IMG/VR virus record: IMGVR_UViG_3300034682_000453
Coordinates: 1 to 58,998 of that record
From: a virus
Lineage: Duplodnaviria > Caudoviricetes
Reading direction: 5' to 3' (one strand)
DNA length: 58,998 bases
The notes below the pieces were generated by a model. The model was not told the origin of the DNA, ran no database searches, and saw only the letters and a program-made list of their open reading frames with translations. How positions within the stretch are numbered: position 1 is the first letter of the stretch; the number at the start of each line of letters is the position of its first letter. Below are positions 45,945-54,881 of this stretch, in pieces. Position numbers and translations under genes: made by a program.

Positions 45945-46748
45945 TATCACATCGGCACGTTGTGCCAGCAGCAGCACAGAGTGCGGCGAGAGAACAAACC
46001 GGAGTGAGTCACCCGACGACTCAAGCGATACGCGATGTAATGCAAAGCTGAATCAGAGAGCTTTCCCTTACCCCGCGACAGATTGAAACCTTCCGTCAAA
46101 TCTTCGGATTTCTTGACGCGGGAAAACTCAACCTGAAATCGCCGTTCTTTCCGTATCAATCCGTCGATACGGGACAATCTGGGGAAACGAGACTGATATC
46201 TCAGTGAGCAGCAGTCATGGAATCAGCGAAACCCGATGCGGAGAGTATCGGCCGGAGTTGATATGAACTGTGTAACGTTTGTTTGGTCTCTAAAACTCGC
46301 TTGTAAAAGGCATCAGCGTGGCGAGGTTAATTAATAACGCTGAGCAAAGCCCATTCAATGAGTGGGCAACTCAATCTGTTATCGCTAAGCGCTGCGGATA
46401 AAAATGCGGGGAAAGTCGGCCAGCAGCAACACCGGTTATGGCGCTCGAATACCTCCTTGGATAGCAGATTTAGTTGTGATTGTTTTGGCGGGAGCGGTTT
46501 CCACTCTTGCCAAGCGGAAAGTCAACGAAATGGATTATAGCAATGGGGCCAAGCTCACCCCATCCATGAAACAAGTTGCCAGGAATGCGTCTGGTGTGGC
46601 GCCAGACCTTCCGCCAAAACAATCAGGCATGAAAATAAAACGGACCGGAGATTCCGGTAGATAAATCAACGGAGGGTTTACGCAGATGTGAAAACAAATA
46701 CTCCATCTAAATCGATGGCAGAGGTTAATTAATCCTGGTGCGTAAAAA

Positions 46749-46971
46749 CCTACACGAGCAGTAAAGGCTGCGCCGGAGACGTAACCGGTAGTTGTGATGG
46801 TTGGCGAATTGAATTACCGGCAGCGCAGATTATGCGTCTAGTGGTTGCCAACGTGCGCCATGAATGCTCATGCGGTTTAACTCCGCAGCTTGGGACGATA
46901 TGGATTCACTACTAACCATCACAACCAACCCTACACGAACGGTGAAAGGCCGGGCTGGAGACGTAACCAGC
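46749..46971 (+). repeat. Two copies of a two-hairpin motif (46749-46789 and 46930-46971)
   Basis: CCTACACGA-stem-AAAGG-stem-G-stem-AGACGTAA-stem with compensatory changes between the copies. Confidence 0.75.
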
Positions 46972-46976
46972 ATAAC

Positions 46977-47053
46977 ACCCTGTTAGCTCAGCCGGATAGA
47001 GCAACGACCTTCTAAGTCGTGGGTCGCAGGTTCGAGTCCTGTGCAGGGCGCCA
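46977..47053 (+). tRNA. tRNA-Arg (anticodon TCT)
   Basis: Cloverleaf with D arm GCTCAGCCGGATAGAGC, anticodon arm ACGAC-CTTCTAA-GTCGT, T arm GCAGG-TTCGAGT-CCTGT and encoded CCA; A1-C72 mismatch. Confidence 0.92.
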
Positions 47054-47423
47054 TTTCGAGTACATCGGGGATTGCATTGCGCGTGGCTTGCTGTGCGGTG
47101 AGCTTAAAAAGTTGATGCGTGGTGCGCACACGTCATGCGTTGGGTGAGCGTAATTCGACTTGTCGTTGTTCCGCAGTGCAATCCACCGCTGTATTCGTAG
47201 TACAGCAAACCAACATTAATCAACCAATGTTGCTGTGAATGGAAATGGAAAAATACTGCAACGCGCCAGAATGGACGGACGCGCCAAGGCTCACAGATTA
47301 TGAAAAGGCTTGTAACAGGCCTTATCTGAAAGCGCACTCGTTCACCCAAATTGTTGAGCAGCAATCGAATTAGTGCGTCTTCAGATAGTTATCTATCGTA
47401 AACCAGTTTTATCCCATGTGTTT

Positions 47424-47450
47424 TGCCCGGTTCGTCCGGGCTTCTTTTTG
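47424..47450 (+). terminator. tL1-like intrinsic terminator
   Basis: GCCCGG-TTCGT-CCGGGC then TTCTTTTT. Confidence 0.7.
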
Positions 47451-47461
47451 GAGGAAGCGGA

Positions 47462-47659
47462 ATGCAGCAAATGACCAGGACGGATGTTCTCAAAAACAGA
47501 AGCGTGTGGCACACCATCGCAACTCTGCCACCACGCGAAACCAGCAAAGTAAGAATCCAATCGGCAGCAAACAAGGCCGATGTCAGAGCCAAAAATGCCC
47601 GGGATGCAATCTACGACCATCTGGAGCGTAAACGTCTTGATGCCGAGTTTGCACTATGA
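47462..47659 (+). CDS. Early hypothetical protein (65 aa)
   Basis: GGAGG RBS before ATG 47462. Confidence 0.65.
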   Translation: MQQMTRTDVLKNRSVWHTIATLPPRETSKVRIQSAANKADVRAKNARDAIYDHLERKRLDAEFAL

Positions 47660-47730
47660 AGATCGCAGCTCTATTTATCACCGCCGTATTCATCGCAACA
47701 ACAGCCCTACCCCTGATTTACGCCCAATAA
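47656..47730 (+). CDS. 24-aa hydrophobic peptide
   Basis: ATGA overlap; MKIAALFITAVFIATTALPLIYAQ. Confidence 0.4.
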   Translation: MKIAALFITAVFIATTALPLIYAQ

Positions 47731-47809
47731 AAAAGGCCAGCGCTCTCTCACCTTCGCTGACCTCTTCAAGGCTCGAACACCACATTCAAAACCTTTAACT
47801 GGAGGTTAT

Positions 47810-48031
47810 ATGAAACAAACACTCAACGCAATATGCGGGATTGTTCCTGCTATGTCGTCCGACATGCGGTCGTGGTTTTCACGCCGCCGTAAATCACGCC
47901 GCTTCCGCAAAATGCAGGAAACCGCAGCAAAACAGGCCAAGCCGCAAACTTTTGGCTTCAAAGTCGGTGAAGTAATCGAAACTGGTAACCATCCAGTAGT
48001 TCGTCTTCCGGCGGTTAAGGTTGGTGCGTGA
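47810..48031 (+). CDS. Early protein with Arg-rich motif (73 aa)
   Basis: GGAGG RBS; SRRRKSRRFRK. Confidence 0.65.
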   Translation: MKQTLNAICGIVPAMSSDMRSWFSRRRKSRRFRKMQETAAKQAKPQTFGFKVGEVIETGNHPVVRLPAVKVGA

Positions 48032-48300
48032 TGCCTTGCAAATGCCGATCTGAATATGAAAAAAACCTTCTTGAGAAATTTAAAGAGATTTCTCCGGATG
48101 CAACAGAGCACCGAGTATCACTGCTCGGCTATGCGTTCATTTTTGGTGATAAATCTCTGAATGAAAACGGCTGCATGCAGATTGAAATGACAGCTAATCA
48201 TCCACTGAAAAAAGGCGGCTTCAAAAGTAAAAAACAGACATCCAATCTGCTTTTTAAATTCTGCCCATTCTGCGGTAAACCTTACAAGGAAGGTGCGTGA
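48028..48300 (+). CDS. Small Zn-binding protein (90 aa)
   Basis: CxC near the N-terminus and FKFCPFCGKPY at the C-terminus. Confidence 0.7.
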   Translation: MMPCKCRSEYEKNLLEKFKEISPDATEHRVSLLGYAFIFGDKSLNENGCMQIEMTANHPLKKGGFKSKKQTSNLLFKFCPFCGKPYKEGA

Positions 48301-48647
48301 TGAATCACCCAATGCTACAGCAGGTTGCTCGGTCTTTTGATGACCACTTCCGCACCGATTCGATTATTTCTGAATTGGCAGACCAAGCAATGAAAGGCGA
48401 TTACAGCCGCATCAGCCTAGATTCAATTCTTGAGCGTGAAGTGGATAGTGAAGCATTCACCAATCTTACGGTGAAGCTCCGCGAAGCTCACTCGCAAGGT
48501 GCTCACCCTCAAGTGTTGATGGATATGTTCAACGCGCTGATGAAGGTTGACCGACAGCTCATTGAAGGTATCGCAGCTGATTTGGTACCAGCAATCAACG
48601 ATCAGTATATGGAACAGGCCGCAATTCAATTATTGGAGGCATCATGA
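48297..48647 (+). CDS. Hypothetical protein (116 aa)
   Basis: Coupled start/stop with both neighbours. Confidence 0.65.
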   Translation: MMNHPMLQQVARSFDDHFRTDSIISELADQAMKGDYSRISLDSILEREVDSEAFTNLTVKLREAHSQGAHPQVLMDMFNALMKVDRQLIEGIAADLVPAINDQYMEQAAIQLLEAS

Positions 48648-49660
48648 ATGCACAAGTGGAAACCAAAACTCTACTCGATACCCACTCTGAATACACAGCA
48701 AAAATCCTATCTGGTACCAACATTGAAACACTAACCGAAGATGAGCAATGGCACTTCCGCCGCCGGTTAGGTCTTGGTGGTAGTGAAGCTGGAACCATTC
48801 TCGGGTTAAACAAATACGAATCATCATGGGATTTGTGGTCTGTAAAAACAGGTCGATCAGAACCTAAAGATCTGTCTGACAATATGGCTGTAAAAATGGG
48901 CCATATCCTTGAGCCAATCGTCGCTGATCTTTATGCCGAAAAAACACGGAAAACGGTTCGCCGCTCAAACCTCCACCACATCCACAAAGAAAAGCCTTGG
49001 TTGGTCGGTAATCTGGATCGCGTACTGGTTGGTGAAAAGCGTGGTCTTGAGTGCAAAACAGCATCCAGTTTTGCAGCAAAAGGTAATTTCGGAAAAGGCA
49101 ATGTGTACGACCAAGACGGCAATCTCATTGAGATTTGCGACATTGTTCCAGATACCTACCTGATCCAGGTTCAGCATTATATGGCTGTAACTGGTCTGCC
49201 ACTGTTTGATTTGGCTGTGCTGATAGATGGACGTGACTTCCGGATATTCACCATCGCCCGCAATGATGAGCTGATTACCGAAATAGAAGGTCAATTGACT
49301 GACTTCTGGTTTAACAACGTGATCGCTGATATTGCTCCAGTCGGTGAACCAGTTCCAGAGCTGGAAGTCATCAAAGGATCCGCGGTTGAAGCAACCGACG
49401 ACATCACCACGCTGATTGAATCACACAAAGAGTTAGATGAGGCAATCAAAGAACTGAAAGCCGAGCAGGATATTGTTGATACACAAATCAAGCAGTTCAT
49501 CGGTGAAAGCGAAATTTTAGTACATGCCGGTAAGCAACTGGCGTCATATAAACCGGTGATCACCAACCGCTTTGATTCAACCGCATTCAAAAAAGCGGAT
49601 CCAGCTACTTACGCGCAATACACCAAGCCATCAACATCACGCACATTCCGTGTGAGTTAA
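48644..49660 (+). CDS. YqaJ-family (lambda-exonuclease-like) recombination nuclease
   Basis: WHFRRRLGLGGSE, GHILE, GNLDR, LECKT, YLIQVQHYM. Confidence 0.92.
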   Translation: MNAQVETKTLLDTHSEYTAKILSGTNIETLTEDEQWHFRRRLGLGGSEAGTILGLNKYESSWDLWSVKTGRSEPKDLSDNMAVKMGHILEPIVADLYAEKTRKTVRRSNLHHIHKEKPWLVGNLDRVLVGEKRGLECKTASSFAAKGNFGKGNVYDQDGNLIEICDIVPDTYLIQVQHYMAVTGLPLFDLAVLIDGRDFRIFTIARNDELITEIEGQLTDFWFNNVIADIAPVGEPVPELEVIKGSAVEATDDITTLIESHKELDEAIKELKAEQDIVDTQIKQFIGESEILVHAGKQLASYKPVITNRFDSTAFKKADPATYAQYTKPSTSRTFRVS

Positions 49661-49669
49661 GGAATTATC

Positions 49670-50692
49670 ATGGATAACAATGTTGTCGCTGTTTGCGATA
49701 TATACAACGATCTTGCGCCAGAAATGGAGCGACAAGGCATCCAGTCACTACTCCCATCTCACATTACACCAGAAGCGTTTTTGCGTACCGCTGCTGTGGC
49801 CATAGCAAAAGATCCCAATCTTGCCATTGCTGATAAACAGTCGGTGATCATGTCACTAACTCGCTGCGCCACTGATGGACTGATACCAGATGGGAAAGAG
49901 GCCGCCCTGGTGGTTTACAACACTAAGGTAAAGGGCCCTGACAATCGTGACACCTGGATAAAGAAAGCGCAGTACATGCCCATGGTTGATGGCGTTCTTA
50001 AACGTGCCAGACAATCAAATCAGATAGACGTTATCGCTGGTAAAGCTGTTTTTGATGGTGATCAGTTTGATTACTGGATGGACGAGAACGGAGAGCACAT
50101 CAATTACAAGCCAAAATTTATTGGTCGTGGTGAGTTCATTCTGGCGTTTGCTTTTGCAAAACTGAAAACAGGTGAACTGGTTGTTGAGGTGATGCCAAAA
50201 GAAGAAATTGAGCGCGTTCGTGCTGCAAGCAAAGGTGGCGACTCTGGGCCTTGGAAAGACTGGTATGACAGAATGGCAGTTAAGAGTGTTTTGCACCGAT
50301 TGGCGCGTCGATTACCAAACGCTTCTGAATTGATTGCAATGCTTGAGCAAGGCATGGTCATGAATTGGCAGGAACAGCCACAACAACTCAAAGCCCCTGA
50401 TAGCCAACCAAAATCGCAATCAGTTCTTGAAAAAATCCGTGCACAGAAGAAGCCCGTTGCACCGATGATAATCGATGCAGAACCAGCCGCGCAGCAAGAA
50501 GACTACTCCCACGAGTTTTCCATGCAATGCGATGCTCTGGATAACGCAGAAGATTTGGCTCAGTGGACTGAGGCTTACAACATTGCATGGCAATGGGCAT
50601 CTACCAAGCCAAAGAACATTCAAGATGACATTAAGGCTCATGCCGGAGCTGCAAAAAAACGCCTCGTTGAGAAAGAGCAAATCCCCGTTTAG
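49670..50692 (+). CDS. recT: RecT-family single-strand annealing protein
   Basis: DGLIPDGKEAALV, QYMPMVDG, GPWKDWYDRMAVKSVLHRLARRLP. Confidence 0.92.
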   Translation: MDNNVVAVCDIYNDLAPEMERQGIQSLLPSHITPEAFLRTAAVAIAKDPNLAIADKQSVIMSLTRCATDGLIPDGKEAALVVYNTKVKGPDNRDTWIKKAQYMPMVDGVLKRARQSNQIDVIAGKAVFDGDQFDYWMDENGEHINYKPKFIGRGEFILAFAFAKLKTGELVVEVMPKEEIERVRAASKGGDSGPWKDWYDRMAVKSVLHRLARRLPNASELIAMLEQGMVMNWQEQPQQLKAPDSQPKSQSVLEKIRAQKKPVAPMIIDAEPAAQQEDYSHEFSMQCDALDNAEDLAQWTEAYNIAWQWASTKPKNIQDDIKAHAGAAKKRLVEKEQIPV

Positions 50693-50729
50693 CCCCTAGC
50701 CCTTCTGGGCTTTAATTGGACACCACGCC

Positions 50730-51818
50730 ATGACAGAACAAGCAAAGACTGAATCAACCTCGCTGGTTGTCATTCAGCCAACCGATGTACGCGCATTTTT
50801 CGTTGAAAGTAAAAACCTCGATTCAATTCTCACCGAAATTGAAACACTGGCCACTAAGTTTGATCCTGACGCTTCAACTGCCAAGGGCCGCAAATTAATT
50901 GGCTCACAAGCCTATGCAGTGGCCAGAACAAAAACATTCATTGATAGTCTTGGTAAAGAGCTGGTTGATGCAGAAAAGGAAATTCCAAAGCGCATCGATG
51001 CAACGCGAAAGAAGGTCCGTGACTTCTGCGATGAGTTGCAAGCCAGAGTGCGTAAGCCGCTAACTGACTACGAAAACGCTGAAAAATCACGAGTTGCAGC
51101 ACTTGATCAACGTATTGCGGCCATTCAATCATTCAGTAGCAAGGTAACTAACGAATCACCATCCGCTGAAATTCAGTTGTGGATTGATGAGTTGGAAGCC
51201 ATAGCAATCGATGCTACTTGGGACGAATACCAAGATCGCGCAGCTGTAGCCAAAGAAGCCGCGAAAGTGAAACTGGAAGCCTTTCTGCAAACTCGCCTGA
51301 CTTGGGAAGCGCAACAGGCTGAAATAGCTCGCCTGAAAGCGGAGCAGGAAGAGAAAGACCGCATTCAGCGTGAGAAAGAAATCGCAGATCAGGCTCGTCA
51401 TGAAGCAGAACAAAAGGCGTTACGGGAAAAGCTGGAATCCGAACAACGCGAACGGTCCGCTAAAGATGCGCTGTTAAAGGCCGAGCAAGACGCCAAAGAC
51501 GCACAGCAGCGACTTGAACAAGAGCGCAAAAATGCGGAAGAACGCCAGCGGTTAGCCGTCCAGCAAGCCGAACAACAGGAACGCCAGCGCCAAATCGATG
51601 AGCAAAACCGCATTGCTCAGGAAGAAGCGCAACGTAAAGCCGAGGCCGCAGCAAAGGCCGCTAACATCGAACACCAAAAGCTGATCAACAACGAAATTTT
51701 GGATGATATGCAGGCAGTCGCTGCTTCAAAGGGATTTCAACTATCCCGAGAAATGGGCGTGGCAATACTAAGCGGCATGGTCTTCGGCAAGGTTCGTCAC
51801 ACCAAGATCCAGTATTAA
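50730..51818 (+). CDS. Long coiled-coil early protein (362 aa)
   Basis: PDASTAKGRKLIGSQAYAVARTKT...EIPKRIDATRK motif common in lambdoid early regions; E/Q/R/A-rich tail. Confidence 0.75.
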   Translation: MTEQAKTESTSLVVIQPTDVRAFFVESKNLDSILTEIETLATKFDPDASTAKGRKLIGSQAYAVARTKTFIDSLGKELVDAEKEIPKRIDATRKKVRDFCDELQARVRKPLTDYENAEKSRVAALDQRIAAIQSFSSKVTNESPSAEIQLWIDELEAIAIDATWDEYQDRAAVAKEAAKVKLEAFLQTRLTWEAQQAEIARLKAEQEEKDRIQREKEIADQARHEAEQKALREKLESEQRERSAKDALLKAEQDAKDAQQRLEQERKNAEERQRLAVQQAEQQERQRQIDEQNRIAQEEAQRKAEAAAKAANIEHQKLINNEILDDMQAVAASKGFQLSREMGVAILSGMVFGKVRHTKIQY

Positions 51819-51926
51819 TCAGGACGCCACTATGGAACCACAACTGACACCGCGCGGCGATAACCCGCGCTTTTGCATCGTCACGCCAGTAATTTACCAA
51901 CATCGCACTGAAGAACGGGAGGCGGA

Positions 51927-53513
51927 ATGAACGCATACGCACAGCAGCTAATTGAGATGAAACAAAAACCATCTCACATCCTGAAAGATATCGGTGATCA
52001 ATGGCAAACACCAAAACCACTGGCGTTTGGGTTGTTTGCTCACTTCTCTCAAAAAATTGGCGCTATCGTGCTCGACTTGTTTGCCAATGAAGGCAATCAG
52101 CTGGCTCCTAATTTCTATACTGCCGAAATCAATGCCATGACTCAAGACTGGGCAATGGATTTGAAATCATATGGTGGCGCAGCGTTCGCTAACCCCCCCT
52201 ACTCTCGCCCTTACTTTGATGAAGATGGTACTCCTATCACTGGTATTGAACATGTTATTCAGTATTGCCGTGAGCAGCGAGAGAAAGGCGCGAAGATCAT
52301 GTTGCTACTGAAAGCAGCCACCAGTGATGGTTGGTGGCCAGAAGACGCTGACTTCATCCAATTTGTTTCAGGTCGTATCGGTTTTCAGGCTCCCGCATGG
52401 TATGTGCCAACTGACTTAAAAAAAGACAAACCATCATCAAGCGGATTCGCATCTGCGGTGATTATTTTCGATAAAGACTGGGCGTGGGAACGCAGGCCAG
52501 TAGAACGCCTCAGTCGTCATGTTTTGGAAATGCATGGGCAGATGATCATTGACATGATTGAGTCGAGAGCTAATGCCATTGTTGCAGAAAGAGAGCAATT
52601 AGCTTTGGATGTAATGAGTCGAATCCCTTCGGAGATGACTGAAACAGAAAAAGACGAACCATCAGTTGAACCCGAAATTAACGAATTTGAACCTGCTACA
52701 GAACAGCTCGAAGAAATCGTTCAAACAGAATCTGACGCAATAGATAATGACAACTACCAGCTACCGTTCGTCGCTGAGCCAGAGGAAGATTACTCAGATA
52801 AGACGATTGAGCAAATCTACGAAGAACATCCCGATACATGGCAACTCACCATGATTATGCTGTCCGTCCTATTCGGTAGAAAGGGAGCGTACGCTCATCG
52901 TGAAATCCAATTTGCAGGATCCTCCCTGCTCACAGACGGTGAAATGACCAGAACGATTGCAGAGTATGAAAATGCCAAGGCTATCAACGAGGCACTAACC
53001 AAGTTCTCGTGCTGGGTAGAGCTATCACCAACGGTTGCTCATTTCCTAGTTTGCGGGATGCTTGATGACTACAAATATCCGGCCAACAAAACGCTTACTG
53101 ATAACCTGAAATTACTCGAACGGTTGCATGCTGGCGAAGAACCAGTGCTTGAGGCTTTAAGTATTGAGGCGGCCGACACTGATGTAAGCACCAAGCCAGA
53201 GCCAGAACTGGCGCCAGAACCAACTGAGCATCCAGTGATGAGCCGCGAATGGTTGCGTGAAAAGTACATGCAGCTTGACGATTACAGTGATTGCCTAGAC
53301 AGTCTGAAAGAAGAAATCATCGACAAAACAATCCAAGCTATTGGCGACATCAATGATGAATATTCTTCAGACCCTGGTGCGCCGAAAGCAGAAGAGTTTA
53401 TCGACGACTTCTTTGCATCATCACCGTGCATCCGCACTTACATGAATATCCGTTCACTTCGCGCAGCGTTCAGAAATTTAGTCAGCTCAGCGATTAAAGA
53501 CCAAGCTGCTTAA
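51927..53513 (+). CDS. dam: Phage N6-adenine DNA methyltransferase with a long acidic C-terminal extension
   Basis: DQWQTP, LDLFA, FANPPYS and GRIGF motifs in the first ~190 aa; target sequence cannot be determined here. Confidence 0.85.
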   Translation: MNAYAQQLIEMKQKPSHILKDIGDQWQTPKPLAFGLFAHFSQKIGAIVLDLFANEGNQLAPNFYTAEINAMTQDWAMDLKSYGGAAFANPPYSRPYFDEDGTPITGIEHVIQYCREQREKGAKIMLLLKAATSDGWWPEDADFIQFVSGRIGFQAPAWYVPTDLKKDKPSSSGFASAVIIFDKDWAWERRPVERLSRHVLEMHGQMIIDMIESRANAIVAEREQLALDVMSRIPSEMTETEKDEPSVEPEINEFEPATEQLEEIVQTESDAIDNDNYQLPFVAEPEEDYSDKTIEQIYEEHPDTWQLTMIMLSVLFGRKGAYAHREIQFAGSSLLTDGEMTRTIAEYENAKAINEALTKFSCWVELSPTVAHFLVCGMLDDYKYPANKTLTDNLKLLERLHAGEEPVLEALSIEAADTDVSTKPEPELAPEPTEHPVMSREWLREKYMQLDDYSDCLDSLKEEIIDKTIQAIGDINDEYSSDPGAPKAEEFIDDFFASSPCIRTYMNIRSLRAAFRNLVSSAIKDQAA

Positions 53514-53598
53514 CTCTCGTTTAAATAACTCTTAAACCTATTCCTGACCAGCTATGACGACATAGCTGGATGGGTTTCTATTTTCTGGAGAAGCAACT

Positions 53599-53937
53599 AT
53601 GACTGCTTTTGCTGTATATGGAGTTTTGTTTTCTGAATGTATTAGCGCCGCAAAAAAAAGCACACCTGCCACAAAAAAGATAGACGGAAAAACAATCGAG
53701 CTAACGCAGTCTGAATGGCTTGAAGAGGTAACAAAAAAAGCAGAGGCCGCATTCAAGCGGAATAAGCCAAAGAAGGTATCTCTTCTGTATGACGCCCCAC
53801 AGTTCTGCAAGGAGTTCATTTCGCTTGCTGAAAAAGGCCGAGCCAGAGACCTGCATATTAAAATGGCGAAACAGGAAAATGTTATTCGCAATGGTAAACC
53901 AGCAATTAAAACTTCATGGGTTCCGATGTCTCAATAA
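53599..53937 (+). CDS. Hypothetical protein (112 aa)
   Basis: GGAG RBS. Confidence 0.65.
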   Translation: MTAFAVYGVLFSECISAAKKSTPATKKIDGKTIELTQSEWLEEVTKKAEAAFKRNKPKKVSLLYDAPQFCKEFISLAEKGRARDLHIKMAKQENVIRNGKPAIKTSWVPMSQ

Positions 53938-53953
53938 ATTTTCTGGAGAAAGT

Positions 53954-54871
53954 ATGACCACCGCAATTGACTTGTTCTCCGGGCTCGGCGGATGGAGCAC
54001 CGGCGCAACGATGGCAGGCTGCAAAGTATTATGGGCCGCCAACCACTGGCAAGATGCTGTTGATTGGCATGCTGAAAATCACCCGGGAACAATCCATGTG
54101 TGCCAGGACTTACACCAAGCAGATTGGTCGCAAGTTCCGGCCCATGATTTACTACTGGCCTCCCCATGCTGCCAAGGCCACAGCAAGGCGCGAGGAAGGG
54201 CTAACGGAAACCCACAGCATGATACAAGCCGGTCAACAGCATGGGCGGTTGTGTCGGCTCTGGAGTATCACCGGCCGTATCGGGCTTTAATCGAAAATGT
54301 TCCAGAATTTCTTAAGTGGGCACTATATCCAGCGTGGGAAGCGGCAATGAATGCCCTTGGCTATCAACTGGCTCCGCATGTTGTTGATTGCGCCGATCTT
54401 GGGGTGCCACAAAACAGAGTCCGGTTATTCATCGTCTGCACCAAAAGCAAAGCACCGTTATTTCTCGATCTGCCAAAAATCAAACATAACCCGGCATCGT
54501 CATTTATCAACTTGGATGATGGTCGATGGTCGTTGGTTGATAAGCCAGGGCGATCACCGGCAACACTCCGGCGTATAGAGAATGGTCGTGACCAGTTCGG
54601 CGATACGTTCGTGATGAGTTACTACGGCAACACCCATGTAGGCAGAGACATTAACCGGCCAATCGGAACCATCACAACGAAAGACCGCTGGGCAATCGTC
54701 AAAGGCGATCAGATGCGAATGCTGTCAGCTAACGAAAACATGCTGGCCATGTCCTTCCCTAAATCAACTAAACGCCCCGACAACCACAAATTAACCGTTC
54801 ACATGGCAGGCAATGCAGTTCCACCGATAGCGGCCATGAGAATTATTGAAGCTTTAAACAAAGCTGCATAG
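53954..54871 (+). CDS. C5-cytosine DNA methyltransferase
   Basis: DLFSGLGG, ASPCCQGHS, ENV, QNRVR and GNAV motifs; ATG 53954. Confidence 0.92.
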   Translation: MTTAIDLFSGLGGWSTGATMAGCKVLWAANHWQDAVDWHAENHPGTIHVCQDLHQADWSQVPAHDLLLASPCCQGHSKARGRANGNPQHDTSRSTAWAVVSALEYHRPYRALIENVPEFLKWALYPAWEAAMNALGYQLAPHVVDCADLGVPQNRVRLFIVCTKSKAPLFLDLPKIKHNPASSFINLDDGRWSLVDKPGRSPATLRRIENGRDQFGDTFVMSYYGNTHVGRDINRPIGTITTKDRWAIVKGDQMRMLSANENMLAMSFPKSTKRPDNHKLTVHMAGNAVPPIAAMRIIEALNKAA

Positions 54872-54881
54872 GAATTGCCAC

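Larger units (their letters stand above)
45951..47460 (+). ncRNA. Long structured pL leader: tandem stem-closed RNA modules
   Basis: Closing inverted repeats at about 46071-46184, 46373-46470, 46477-46625, 46675-46750, 46791-46925, 47057-47197 and 47323-47387; mismatches are mostly G-U pairs on the + strand; no convincing long CDS. Confidence 0.65.

Noticed and set aside
46180-46235. Hammerhead ribozyme suggested by GAAAC and CTGATA/CAGTGAG
   Set aside because: No intact CUGANGA core with correctly placed stems
47083-47110. GTGGCTTGCTGTGCGGTGAGCTTAAAAA as a type I-F repeat mimic (RNA anti-CRISPR)
   Set aside because: By-eye match to a remembered I-F repeat is only about 19/28 and the CTGCC/GGCAG stem needed by Cas6f is not preserved
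46477-47197. Functional retron or diversity-generating retroelement
   Set aside because: No reverse transcriptase ORF in the window, no long msd-type hairpin, and no adenine-variant template/variable repeat pair seen
45947-47364. ORF-track entries 45947-46177, 46358-46540, 46404-46664 and 47104-47364
   Set aside because: Weak or absent RBS and no protein-like features; they coincide with strong RNA stems. A 42-aa ORF at 47245-47373 remains possible but unsupported
45951-47460. CRISPR or TIGR-type array interpretation of the repeats
   Set aside because: Only two full copies of the motif, no regular period, and no cas or Nop-domain gene recognised in the window
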